From Malacoraja senta (Eukaryota): a stretch of 64,000 nt of DNA. Both the position numbers and the translations under genes were made by a program. The notes beneath the pieces were generated by a model, which was not told the origin of the DNA, did no database searches, and saw only the letters and a list, made by a program, of their open reading frames with translations. Below, in pieces: positions 51,501 to 63,314 of this stretch; within the stretch, counting starts at the first letter, position 1, and every line of letters begins with the position of its first letter. The stretch is taken from contig JAXLNO010000423.1 of assembly GCA_038087875.1 (NCBI GenBank), positions 62,001-126,000 of the forward strand, read 5' to 3'.

Positions 51501-52384
51501 ACAGCACAAGCTGCGAAGACCCTCGGATGCTGCATAGCCAATCTATCAGGGCTCTGCACCATCGGAACAGCCGTCACCTCAGGAGTAACTAAAACTCTAC
51601 CTCCTGCCAAGTCATTCCCCAAAATTACAGAAACTCCCCCAACGGGAAAACACGGCCGTAACCCAACAGTTACCCGGCCTGAAACCAACTCGGACTCGAG
51701 ACTCACGGTATGCAAAGGCACTACCATGCCATCCATCCCGAATCCTACCACAGGGACACTTGACCCAACCGATGATTCACCAGAAAACGGCAGTACACTC
51801 TCCAATATAAAGGACTGAGTAGCACAAGTATCACGCAAGATGGATACTGGAACTTTATCACCCCCATCCTCCAGAGAAACAAAACCATTCATGATGAACG
51901 CAGAATAATTCCTATACTCCTCAGACTCAGGCACCTCAGGTACCACAGGTGCCTTCTGTGTACCCACCAAAGACACAGGCTTTGCATGTTTCTGCTTCAG
52001 AACGGGACATGCCTTTAACATGTGCCCGCTCCCTCTACAATAGTAGCACACAGGACCTTCATTAGTCTTCAAATTTCCGTCAACCTTATCAGCTCGGACC
52101 TCCCCCTGTATCAACGTGCTGCCACTTGCAGGCACAGAAACACCTTTGACACTGCCACCGGCAACACCACCACGATCAACCGGCCGTGCACCAAAACTAT
52201 AGGAGCGCCCAACAAAATCAGTTTTATGAGTCAATACATACTCATCTGCCAACACCGCGGCCTTAGACACCTCAATCACCTTCTGGTAAGTAGTAACCCT
52301 CTCAGGGAGACAGTTCTTAAAGTCTTCCATAATTATCAAGGCCCGCAGTTGCCCATCATCCTTCACTCCTTGGGAAGCGCACAC
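48529..52384 (-). pseudogene. pol: Zinc knuckle - PR - IN - RT - RH polyprotein (frameshifted), copy B
   Basis: ORFs 51044-52384, 50414-51037, 50108-50341 and 48529-49992. Confidence 0.95.
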
Positions 52385-53106
52385 CTGTCAAAAAGTGTCT
52401 CCTTCTCCCTAGCAAACTCCACATAAGTCTGACTATCAAACTTCCTAAAGCGCTGGAATTTCTGCCGGTACGCCTCTGGAACTAATTCATAAGCCCTTAA
52501 TACTGTAGACTTCACACACTCATAGTCCAGACTACTTTCAACAGACAAAGACGAGTACACCTCCCGTGCTTTACCCACAAGGACACACTGCAATAGCAAG
52601 GTCCACACGTCCCTAGGCCACTTCAGTGATATAGCCACACGCTCAAACAAAGTGATATATTTATCAACATCTTTTTCACTGAACGGTGGAACCAAACGAA
52701 TATTTCTGCTTGCATCAAACTCATGCTCTCTAGAAGAGAACCGGGAAATATCTAATTCTTTCTCCCGCAGCTGCAATTCAGCCCTTTTGGTTTCCTCCTC
52801 AAGCCGTTTCATTTCAAGAGCATGCATGAGCTCAATTCTCTGTGACTCAAGCTCCATCTCCTTCAGTTTAATGACGGCCTCCATGTTCTGAACTGGCTGT
52901 ATAGATTTATGACTGTCAGGACTACTAGGCAACACCTCTTGGTCAACCAAAGCAGTCCATAACAACGTCTTAATTGACAGTTTGTTTGCCTGTTTATTAA
53001 TAGAAACGCCATATTTATCTGCAAGCAACACTAAATTTGCCTTAGTACATTGATGAAACATCTCTAGGCTAGGAGTCTCAACAAACTCTTCCACCTTAAA
53101 TTCCAT
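52363..53106 (-). pseudogene. gag: gag with SCAN-like region, copy B
   Basis: 247-aa ORF with the AYELVPEAYRQKF motif. Confidence 0.9.
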
Positions 53107-55696
53107 TTCAAATGTAGCTCCAAAGCACCAGCTAAAACCCTGGGCACCAATGCTATCACAAACAGAGAAGAAAAATTTCCCTCAGAACACAGACTTCCTT
53201 AGTCACCAGAAGCCTACCAAAAAAAACCACCAAAAATGTCTAGGGTCCTCAAAACTTAGGACAAGCCCCCATTTTGTTACGACTCCCGAATGCAGGTACT
53301 TCAGAGCCGCGTAACATAATTCAAGAACCAGGTTCAAGTTCAAAAATAGTTTAATTATTTAATGGAACACAAAACCCAAACCTGATTCAAACAACCCAGT
53401 CAGGGATATGGATGGACTGACAAACAATTTAACTTTGCTCCAGCCAGCCACTTGATGGACCGTCGAACCAGAGACTCTAAAACTTGCCTAAAGATATATA
53501 ACCCTGAAACAAAATATACGAAAACACTAAGGTCAGCCCTTATCCGTCCCAATGCAATATTTGTTAATCAGTAATCGTGAAAGATCACAAAGTTCTATGC
53601 CATGTGGCCAGGCCTTCTGCAGCTCACTCCAGCAGTCAGCTCACAAGTCAGGGTCGGCGAAGAAGAGAGAGAATTCTGGGAGCTCTGGTATTTAAGCTTC
53701 AGATGAGTCACCCGTCACTTGACGCAGCGTGGTCAATCGGGTACAGGAGCCTTTTAACCATTTGATTCCAGACTCACATCCACAAGGCCTGCACTCGGGA
53801 AAGAAACAGAGAAAGGTCAGTACATAGCATTCACCAGGGGGGGGAACGCCTAACACATGCTTGCCAATCGGTATCATCTTATTGCTGACATTAACGACAA
53901 GTGAAATATACCTGACCAAACCAAAATGTACATTTTCACTATACAGTCTGCCTTGCCAAACTATGCTTAGAATTGACATCATTTTACTCCTGAAATAACC
54001 TCCAAGCAGTTTGAAATATAGTTTCATTAAGTATTGCAGCAAATGAAATCATTACTCAATTTTGTTGGGTTTGCATTGCAGAGCAAAAATTTAAATTGGC
54101 AAATGTTTTTTATGCTTCTTTTTATGAAATACTGAACTTGGAAGCAAATTCATGCACTGAGATATTCAAAAGAGGGAAAGACTGTTACATTGTGCACAAC
54201 AGATTCATGGTGTTACCATTCAGGATTGTCTCTTTATTGTAATCTCCATTTATCTGCTTTTGATATCAAAGGACTTCAACTACTAACTGCATCGGGTGAA
54301 ATATTGCTCCATTCCATGGCGCAGAGTCCGACCTAACGCGGCATGGATAAATGAGAGGTTTGCATGAATGAGATTTGATGTTAAAAAGATTGCATCCGGC
54401 CCATGAAATTCAAATGATAAGTGATCCACACTGGTTCCTGGGCAATTGCCTTTGTGAAAATGTCACGTTAAATAAGTCAACTGGTCAGACATCAATAATG
54501 CTGATGTAAGAGTGAATGCGTACTCTGCGGAGAGCCTTATCTAATCTTAAACTTCGTCAAACATCAGGACCACTGGACCACTATTCATAGCCATTAATGT
54601 TAACAATTTTGGTTTATAATGTTGCTTGCAGTAATGTACCAATCAGTAATAAACTCGCTCATTTGTCCGTATTCCAGGTAAATTAACAAGGTTCATGGCT
54701 CATAGTCCAAATGAAAAAACCACTAAGAGGTAACGTTAAGAAGGACTATACACCATCACCCCTGTGGTAGCTGAACTTCCAGCTCTTGCTCCAGCAGAGG
54801 CTTGGGTGTAAAATCTCAGCCTTGTTCACAAATCTCCTGTGCGTCACCCCGTCCTACCTCCATAATATTCTTGAGCCATTCAGGGCATCAATGTTGCTTC
54901 TAATGTGTCATCCTGCGCGTTACTGACTTTCATTCAGCAGGTCAGACAGCATCTGTAGAAAGAGAAACAGGGTTCTGAAAAATGGACATCTGTCAAGCAG
55001 GAGGTTTTTAAAAGTAGAAATGGGAGAGTTCAGGGCTAGCATGTTCCAGTTAGAGTGAAGGGTAAGGCTGGCAGGATATGGTTGAAGGGTATTGAGGTTT
55101 TGACCTGGAAAAAGGAGGTATATGTCAGATATAGTCAAAGATAGACACAAAATGCTGGAGTACCTCAACAGGTCAGGCAGCATCTCTGGAGAAAAGGAAT
55201 GGGTGACGTTTTGGGCTGAGACCCTTCTTCAGTCAGGTATAGTCAGCTGGGATCAATTGAGGAGCATAAGGGGTGTACAGGTAGATGAACTTCTGAACCC
55301 TTAAGAAGGAACATAATAGGGCTAACAGTGGACATGAGATAACCTAAGATGCCAAGTAAAAGAAAATTCAGAAAGATTCAATGTGTGAAGTTCAACAGGA
55401 TAACTAGGGAGAGAATGGGTCCCTATAAGGTTCAGTGTGATCATTTATGTGCAGAGCTACAGGATAATGGTAAGGTCTTAAATGAATACCTCCCGTCTGT
55501 ATTTTCTATGGGGAAGGACATAGAAGTCCATGAGTTCATGAAGAGGGCTTTTAGCATGCTGATCTTCATCAGTCATGGAACTGAGTACAGAAATTAGGAT
55601 GTCATCTTACAGCTGTATAAGATATTGGTGACGCCACACTATGGTTTGGTGTGATTAGTTTTGGTCACCCTGCTTTGCGAATGATGCCATTAAATG

Positions 55697-55900
55697 GGTG
55701 GCATGGTGGCGCAGCGGTAGAGTTGCTGCCTTACAGCCCCAGAGAACCGAGTTCGATCCTGACCACGGGTCTGTATATAGATTGTGCATTCTCCCTGTGA
55801 CCTTCGTGGGTTTTCTACGGGATCTCCAGTTTCCTCCCATACTCCAAAGGCGAACAGGTTTGTAGGTTAATTGGCTTGGTATAATTGTAAATTGTCCCTG
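55697..55900 (+). mobile_element. HE1/V-SINE-like SINE, 3'-truncated, next to decayed CR1 pieces
   Basis: ggtggcgcagcggtag A box and gagttcgatcc B box. Confidence 0.85.
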
Positions 55901-56134
55901 CATAATTCAAGAGAAAAATAATTTAAAGATGGCTTCAGGAAAGGTTAAGGATTTTGCCATTGGAGCGACTGCTGTCAATTATGGAACGACTAAATCAGTA
56001 GTGGGCCAGAGGTCAGATCAGAGGGATGCAGAAATCCCTGAACATGAGAGGACTGGTGGCAGTCACAGAGATCAGGAGGATAACGTTTTGGAGAGAGTTG
56101 GAAGCACTAAGATGTTGGTGAATGACATAATACG

Positions 56135-56530
56135 TTGGTATTGGTTTATTATTGTGGCATGTACCGAGGTACAGTGAACAACTTTGTTTGTGTGCTCTCC
56201 AGTCAAATCATACTATACACCAGTATATTCAACCCATACAAAAGGTATTTGCAAAGAGAAAAATACAGGTTGTGTAGATGAAAATGTGCAGGTGTGCAAT
56301 GAGGTAGGTTGGGAGATCAGCACTACACTCTTAGCTTATGAGGGGCTTATGATGCAGAATTCTGATAACAGCGGAGAACAAGCTGGGGTTACGTGCTCTC
56401 AAGCTTTCGCTTCTTCTGCCTGAATGGGAGAGGGGAGAAGGGGGATTGACCATAGTGTAAATGTTCCATGATTATGTTGGCTGCTTTCCTGAAGCAGCGT
56501 GAAATGTAGATGGAGTCATTGGAGGGAGGC
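56135..56530 (-). mobile_element. Rex1-type LINE 3' fragment, decayed
   Basis: tttattattgtggcatgtaccgaggtacagtgaa terminus; minus-strand SIYISRCFRKAANIIM motif. Confidence 0.65.
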
Positions 56531-57076
56531 TGCTATGAATACGGGAGGGATGGATGAAAGGGCTTTGACCAGCGTCAAACTGATGCTGACTAGGACTGGA
56601 ACCAGATGAAGGCAGTCCAATCCAGCTGGAGTAAAGTGGAGGGACATTGAAGGAGGATGCTGAGGTGAATCCTGGTAAAGACTGAAAAGTTTAAGGAAGT
56701 TCAGATTACCCTAGACTCAACCAAAATTTCAATTTTTTAGTTTGAAAAGGCTATTTCTGCTGCAGGTTGGAAACCAGATTAGGTGTGCCTTAATATTTGT
56801 GAATGATGCATTATTGAAAGAGTTTCAAAATTAAATAATTTCTTATTCTCTGAGGAATGGAACAAGCAACTGTCTGGTGATGTAATAGTTACAGTAAGAA
56901 AGGATTATATTTAGGAAGGATCATTGTGGATAATAATGCTTGAGTTCTTTATTAAGATACACAATTTGTAATTGATTATTGTCAAGTTGAATACATGACT
57001 GACACATTAAGTTTGTCAAGCAGCACATAGAGATTGAATAGAGATTTCTGTATGCAGTCAGCTTATAAGCAATGCA

Positions 57077-57381
57077 GTTTAGTTTAGTTTAGTTTAATTT
57101 AGAGATACAGCACAGAAGCCCACTGACCAGCGATCCCCACACATTAACACAATCCAACACAAACTAGGGACAATTTACACTTATATCAAGCCAAATTGCC
57201 TACATACCTGCACGTCTTTGGAGTGGGGGATGACACCGAAGATCTCGGAGAAAACCCATGCAGGTCACGGGGAGAACGTACAAACTCCGTACAGTCAGCA
57301 CCCATAGTCGAGATCGAACCCAGATCTCCAGTGCTGCATGCGTTGTAAGGCAGCAACTGCACCGCTGCGCCACTGTGCCGC
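57077..57381 (-). mobile_element. HE1/V-SINE-like SINE
   Basis: (gttta)n tail; reverse complement of core and A/B boxes. Confidence 0.85.
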
Positions 57382-58096
57382 ACAAGTTCAAACCAAGTTC
57401 TAAATTTGGAAAAATGTGCTGAATATTTGTTTGCTTTTACCAAGTGACTGTTTTGGAATCGCACTGCTCCAGCTCCCATCCTGATTTCTTCACCCCACCC
57501 TCACTCTATCTCCCAATCTCTGCTCATGCATTCAGCCCTACTCTTTTTTCCCCACCTCACTCCTTTTCCATTCCCTGCTCCCACCCTGTTCCATCCCTTA
57601 TGGTCCGTATCGATAGAAACTCTGTGAAAGTGAAAATTTCTGGTCTATGGTTTTCATCTGATGCCAATATGAGATCTCTCCCATAGCTGGTCACTTGATA
57701 ATCAGACTAAGAATCTAGCACAAATGACAAGGATCAAACTTGCCTTTGTGATGCTACTCTCTTTTCCGAAGAAGGTCAGAACGATCTACTGTGTCATACA
57801 CCTAATGGTGTTGCTGGCAGGGTACACCTTGCTAGGGAGGTTTTTAGAAACAACTCCAAACTAAGGGCATTTTTATCTCAAGAGGCCCTCTGCATCCAAA
57901 CCACAAGAGCCTTCAAGACATGTTTCCATAACAGTAGTAGATTAGGTTCAAGAGCTGCACAGTACATCAGCCTGCTTACACTCACCACGCACATTGAATT
58001 TACTGCTCAAATTTCCATCCAGAAAAAAATCAAATATGTTGCATTCTTTTGTATTGGTTCACAAAGCATGGTGCTCATATCTGCTCCTCCGCACTG

Positions 58097-58406
58097 ACAT
58101 AGAAACATAGAAAATAGGTGCAGGAGTAGGCCATTCGGCCCTTCGAGCCTGCACCGCCATTCAATATGATCATGGCTGATCATCCAACTCAGTATCCCGT
58201 ACCTGCCTTCTCTCCATACCCCCTGATCCCTTTAGCCACAAGGGCCACATCTAACTCCCTCTTAAATATAGCCAATGAACTGGCCTCAACTACCTTCTGT
58301 GGCAGAGAGTTCCAGAGATTCACCACTCTCTGTGTGAAAAAAGTTGTTCTCATCTCGGTCCTAAAGGATTTCCCCTCTATCCTTAAGCTGTGACCCCTTG
58401 TCCTGG
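58097..58406 (-). mobile_element. CR1 3' end
   Basis: TRGHSL...LWNSLPQ...GEKAGTGY*; (ACATAGAA) tail. Confidence 0.92.
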
Positions 58407-58479
58407 TAGGCAACAACTGATCAAATACAGCTCCAGCCTGATTTTCCACTAATTGTGTTGACTCATGGGCCTTTGTCGC

Positions 58480-58604
58480 GCGGTGCATGTCGGCTTTTAA
58501 TTGTTCCTATGAGTTATAACTGAGAACTGTGGAAGCACCTTCTTTGTGCTTCCACAGTTCTCAGTTATAACTCATAGGAACAATTAAAAGCCGACATGCA
58601 CCGC
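58480..58604. repeat. Perfect inverted repeat, 59-bp arms, 7-nt loop
   Basis: 58480-58538 is the exact reverse complement of 58546-58604; loop CTTCTTT. Confidence 0.97.
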
Positions 58605-59067
58605 TCAGCCTGACATCCCTACCGGCCTGGTGGAGAACCATAATCCTTTGGTTCATACCGTCTGCCACTTCGACCTTAAGTTTAGGCAGGTCGGGTAGCA
58701 ATTGTGGAGAACGAACCTGAGTTAAGGTTGAAGGTCCTTCTTCAAAGCTGAAAGTTCTTCAGAAGCAATTCTTCAACCTGAAATTTTAACTCTGTTTCTT
58801 TCTCCATGGATGTTGCCCAACCTGCTGAATGTTTCCAACATCTCCAATTTATATTTCACTAATTTCAGCATCTGCAGTTCAATTTAATTTGGACCTTCTG
58901 TGTGCCATGAGGCCATTTGATGATCCACAAGAATTGTTGGGGGTCATTGGGGGGGTTAGCCTTGAGCTGACGCTTCCTTTCCATACTGTCTCTCATCCAA
59001 CATCAGGACCTGCAATTGTGTGATTTTGGTTCCACGTTTGATCCTGCCAACCTATTTTTAGAATGAG

Positions 59068-59284
59068 CAGAAAGGAACTGCAGATGCTGGTATATACAGA
59101 AGATAGACGCAAAGCGCTGGAGTAACTCAGCAGGTTAGGCAGCATCTCTGGAGAAAAAGGAGGGATGACATTTCAGGTCCTGACTCAGGACCCTTCAGAC
59201 TAAAGGTCCCGATCCGAAACATCACCCATCCTTTTTCTCCAGAGATGCTGCCTGACTAACTGAGTTACTCCAGCACTTTGTGTC
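59068..59284. mobile_element. Penelope-derived fold-back mini-element
   Basis: Two inverted terminal-repeat copies; CAACCTATT occurs on both flanks. Confidence 0.75.
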
Positions 59285-61845
59285 AACCTATTGTCAGATT
59301 AAACATTTCATCACCTTTCCCAATAACCAATATGTTTCAGTGTCAAATGATATTTAATAGTTCCTGTGTGAAGAGCACCATTATGCTACAGATTATGATA
59401 AGTGCTACATAAATACAACTTGCCTTTCTTCTCATCTGCCACTAATTTGCCTCTTGGCAGCTCCAAACAGCTCGCCCTAGAACTACTCTCTTGACCTAAA
59501 TAGCAATTAGACTTCACACTCTATTGAAAATATTAAGCCCATTTGGTTAAAATTTGAATTCATCGAAGGACAAGAGGTTAATAAACCAAGCACTTGCTAA
59601 CAGGCAATGTTGGCTTATCCTTTTGTAGCTGATTTAGTTTAGCAGTTCCATTACTGATGTACCCAAGCCCTTTCTATCAGTCCTTTGTGCAATTATTATT
59701 ACACATAGAACTAATTTAACTATTACAGAATAACTTTAGGAGGATTAAAGCACAATAACAACTTCTCTACCACTTAAAATACAAACTATTAATTTCATTA
59801 TAATTTCACACTTGAGTTGGCATATTACCAAGCAACATTATTCTATTAGTGCTGGATTAAAATTCTCCCAGTTGTCACCTCTGATTAGTGATATTTCCTT
59901 TGCTGAATAATAATGCTTATCTAAAATGATTAACCCAACTAATTAACTTCTGTTCCATTGAGGGGTATCACCTATCCGATATATTCTTCTACAAGACAAG
60001 ATCAAGATCAAGATACATTCATTGTCACATGTGCCAGTTGGCACAGTGAAATGTCTAGCACACAGCCTCAATGATTTACGATTGACTTGGAATATTGTGT
60101 ACGGATCAGAGGGCTCATTAGGAAGTCCATTCTATGTCTGACTTGCAAAAGGGTTATCTAGTTACGCCCAAGCTCTCTGGCTCATTGGACATAGATTTAC
60201 AACTTTCTCCTGTTCAAATATTTGGACAATTCTCTTCTGAAAGATTATATATTATCCCATCAATCTTTCAAAAGGTAGATGCCAAATCAAAACCGCTTGC
60301 TGCACAAAACAAAAATCTCTTTGCTGTGTATTTAAACACCCGCATATACTGATGCCTTGGGTTAGGTCGCAAAACCTGATGCATATTAACTGTCTTGAAT
60401 CTGCTCGAAGGGTCTTGACCCAAAACATCACCCATTCCCTCCCTCCAGAGATGCTGCCTGTCCCGCTGAGTTACTCCAGCTTTTTGTGTCTATCTTTGAG
60501 GTGAGTATTCATTTGGATTCGCCCAAGAGGTTTTCAGCTCTCAAGGATTCCAACCAAGGATTCCTGATCCCCACCAGTAAACACAATTGACCCCTCCCAA
60601 CCTGGGCACTCATCTCCCTGTGGAGGATTCCTTCATTGTAGTAAGCACGTTGGGAATGTACAGTAATGCATCCACAATAGCCTGTGGTGAAAGAACAGTG
60701 CAGCAATCTGGAAGCTATGGCGGGTTGCACCGTTTATGATTGCCAGTCCTATTGACCGCAATGGAATAGAACTTCTGAACGCAAGTGGACTATGCATAAC
60801 ATGCTATGCCGGCATGTTTCGTGATAAAAATGCCTATTCTGTCTTAAAACAGGGAAGTTTTATCTGACTTGCTGGACTGTTAGCTGAGAGGATAAGCGAG
60901 GCATCCATTGCCAAATTTTCCCTTTCATTCAATGGCCACATCCTTTAGACTTTCCAAAATTAATTTAGCTTTCTCTTAGATTTCCTCATTATAATACGAA
61001 CATGACAGACCGAATAACCACCCTCTGTCCAATATAAAAATAACTACTTGTACGAAAAGGGCACTAAGTGCTGGAGTATCTCGGGAGATCAGGCAGCATC
61101 TCTGGAGAAGATGCATAGGTGATGTGTCGGGTCGGGACACTTCTTCAGACCTTAACTACTTGTAAGTTTGAGTTTCCGCAATACAGTTGGAAGCCATTAC
61201 AGGGGTTGTACATTTGTGAATTTCCACATCACTTGAAACCAAATCATTGCAGTCCTTTTGCATATATATTTTTTAAACTGAACTGTGAACTAGTAACAGT
61301 TATTAACTACATTACTTTTGATTCAGATAGCTGATCTGATCTTGTGATTCTCTGTCAGATGTAATTAGATCATAGAATTAGTAACTTCTTCTCACTCTCC
61401 ATCCACCCCCACTCTCCCTCTTTCCCCTGATCTGTTTCAGTACTGTGCTGGGATGCCAGGCCTCTTTTGTGAAGATGAGAATATTAGTACCAATGCAGAA
61501 ACAAACTGAGATACAAGTGTTTTTGCAAAGAATAGAAACTGAGTGAATCTGCCAACACAATGCATACCAAATTAAGAAGGGAAGAGATTCCAAATTGAGC
61601 ATGATGGTGCAATAAGGTGAGAATGCCTTGCATTTATGGGAATGAGTGCATTGTGAATGTTAAAATGTTGTGTGGTTTAGTGGGAATTCTAAATGGGAAA
61701 TCGTAACTACAAAAAGTTATGATTTCCTGAAACAAAGAAAAACATGTGGGAGAAATAATTAGAAAGGTGATCAGAGGGAGAGATGAGAGGGGTGTGGAGC
61801 ATTAACAGTAGTGTGGGTCAGATGGGCCAAATTAGTCTTATTTTG

Positions 61846-62592
61846 TAGGTACACAAAAATGCTGGAGAAACTCAGCGGGTGCAGCAGCATCTATGGAGCG
61901 AAGGAAATAGGTAACGTTTCGTGCCGAAACCCTTCTTCAGACTGATAGGGGGTGGGGAGGAGACAACCAGATGGCTGATGAAGGGGAGGGGACAGCAAGG
62001 GATAGGGGGTGGAAAGGAAAAAAGGAAAAAGGCGGAGGAGGAGCCCGAGGGCTGGGGGAGGGGAGGAGACAACCAGATGGCTGATGAAGGGGAGGAGACA
62101 GCAAGGGCTAGCAGAATTGGGAGAATTCAATGTTCAAGCCCCCAGGATGTAGACTGCCCAAGCGGAATATGAGGTGCATTTCCTCCAATTTACGGTGTTG
62201 CTCGCTGTGGCCATGGAGGAGACCCAGGACAGAGAAGTCAGATTCGGAATGGGAGGGGGAGTTGAAGTGCTGAGCCACCGGGAGGTCAGGTTGGTTATTG
62301 CGGACCGACCGGAGGTGTTCGGCGAAACGATCGCCAAGCCTCCGCTTGGTCTCACCGATGTAGATCAGCTGGCATCTAGAGCAGCGGATGCAATAGATGA
62401 GGTTGGAGGAGATGCAGGTGAACCTCTGTCGCACCTGGAACGACTGCTTGGGTCCTTGAATGGAGTAGAGGGGGGAGGTGAAGGGACAAGTGTTGCATCT
62501 CTTGCGGTTGCAAGGGAAAGTACCAGGGGAGGGGGTGGTATGGGAGGGAAGGGAAGAATTGACAAGGGAGTTATGGAGGGAGTGGTCTTTGC
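61846..62592 (-). mobile_element. Penelope-like element 3' part (GIY-YIG endonuclease plus terminal repeat)
   Basis: ORF 62108-62434: FTCISSNLIYCIRCSRC..IYIGETKRRL..RF.EH...HF...H. Upstream PCNRKRCNTC. Terminal repeat with CTGAAGA...GAAAC at ~61910-61945. Confidence 0.92.
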
Positions 62593-62608
62593 ATAGTCTT
62601 ATTTTGTT

Positions 62609-63033
62609 GTCTTCTTCTTCTTGCGTTTGAGGCAGAAGAGGTTATGTAACGCCCTCCAGGCGCTGTAGCCAGTTCAATGTGTTGTTGTCGAGGGCCGTGA
62701 TGTCTACCCCTCCACCAGGGGTGCGGAGGACAGCGCAGTCGAAAATGACGTGCTGCGCTGTTTGCTGGTCTGCTCCACATACGCAGGCTGCTGATGAACG
62801 CAGCCACCAGCGATGCATGTTGGCGTTGAACCGGCCGACCGCTGTACGGAGCCGGTTCAGGGCGACCCACTCTTTGCGGGGCAGATTCGAGCCAGGTGGG
62901 GCTGTGGTGTTCGGTGCAACAGTGAATTGCGGAGGTCGTGAAGTCTGTTCCCAGCAGGTTCTCCATGCTCAAAGTGTGTTGAAACCAGAGCCACAGAGGG
63001 TCGCTGCATGACAGGAGAAGGGGTGACGAGATG
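62609..63033 (-). mobile_element. Vingi/Ingi-like LINE 3' end (second family)
   Basis: Minus strand reads SRHPF...LPRKEWVALNRLRTAVGRF...CVCGADQQTAQHVIFDC...WL..LE*, then a short UTR and ACGC(AAG)n. Confidence 0.85.
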
Positions 63034-63176
63034 TCAACTCAATTTAACTAAAGGTGGCCAATGTGTAACGTACTCAATATAACATTGCATACATGCCTTC
63101 TCAGAATTCTGCTTGATCCAGACCAAGGAGGTTCCTAATGCTTGCTTGATTGACTTTGTTAATTAACTGAGTGATA

Positions 63177-63230
63177 GGGGTGGGAGATTGCAACCTTCAC
63201 GTGGTCCGCCCTGTTTCAACGAATACAATC
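63177..63230 (+). ncRNA. Minimal HDV-like ribozyme (predicted)
   Basis: P1 GGGGUGG/CCGCCCU, P2 GAUUGCA/U(A)CAAUC, P3 ACC/GGU, L3 UUCACGU, J4/2 CGAA. Confidence 0.72.
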
Positions 63231-63314
63231 AACCCGGCATGCACAATCAAATAAGATCAAATAGAACAAGTTGTCCTCCAACTTTAGGCTGTGCGCGCCA
63301 TACGGAAGAAGAAG
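63177..63314 (+). mobile_element. Short retroposon with 5' HDV-like ribozyme fold and (AAG)n tail (copy 2)
   Basis: 12-bp TSD AAC(TG/CA)AGTGATA (63165-63176, 63315-63326), differing only at an inferred CpG. Homologous to 19909-20046. Confidence 0.88.

Larger units (their letters stand above)
47861..53855 (-). mobile_element. Full-length Gmr1-type Ty3/gypsy LTR retrotransposon, copy B
   Basis: LTRs 47861-48441 and 53275-53855, CATG TSD, PBS TGGGGGCTTGTCC and the same domain order as copy A. Confidence 0.97.
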
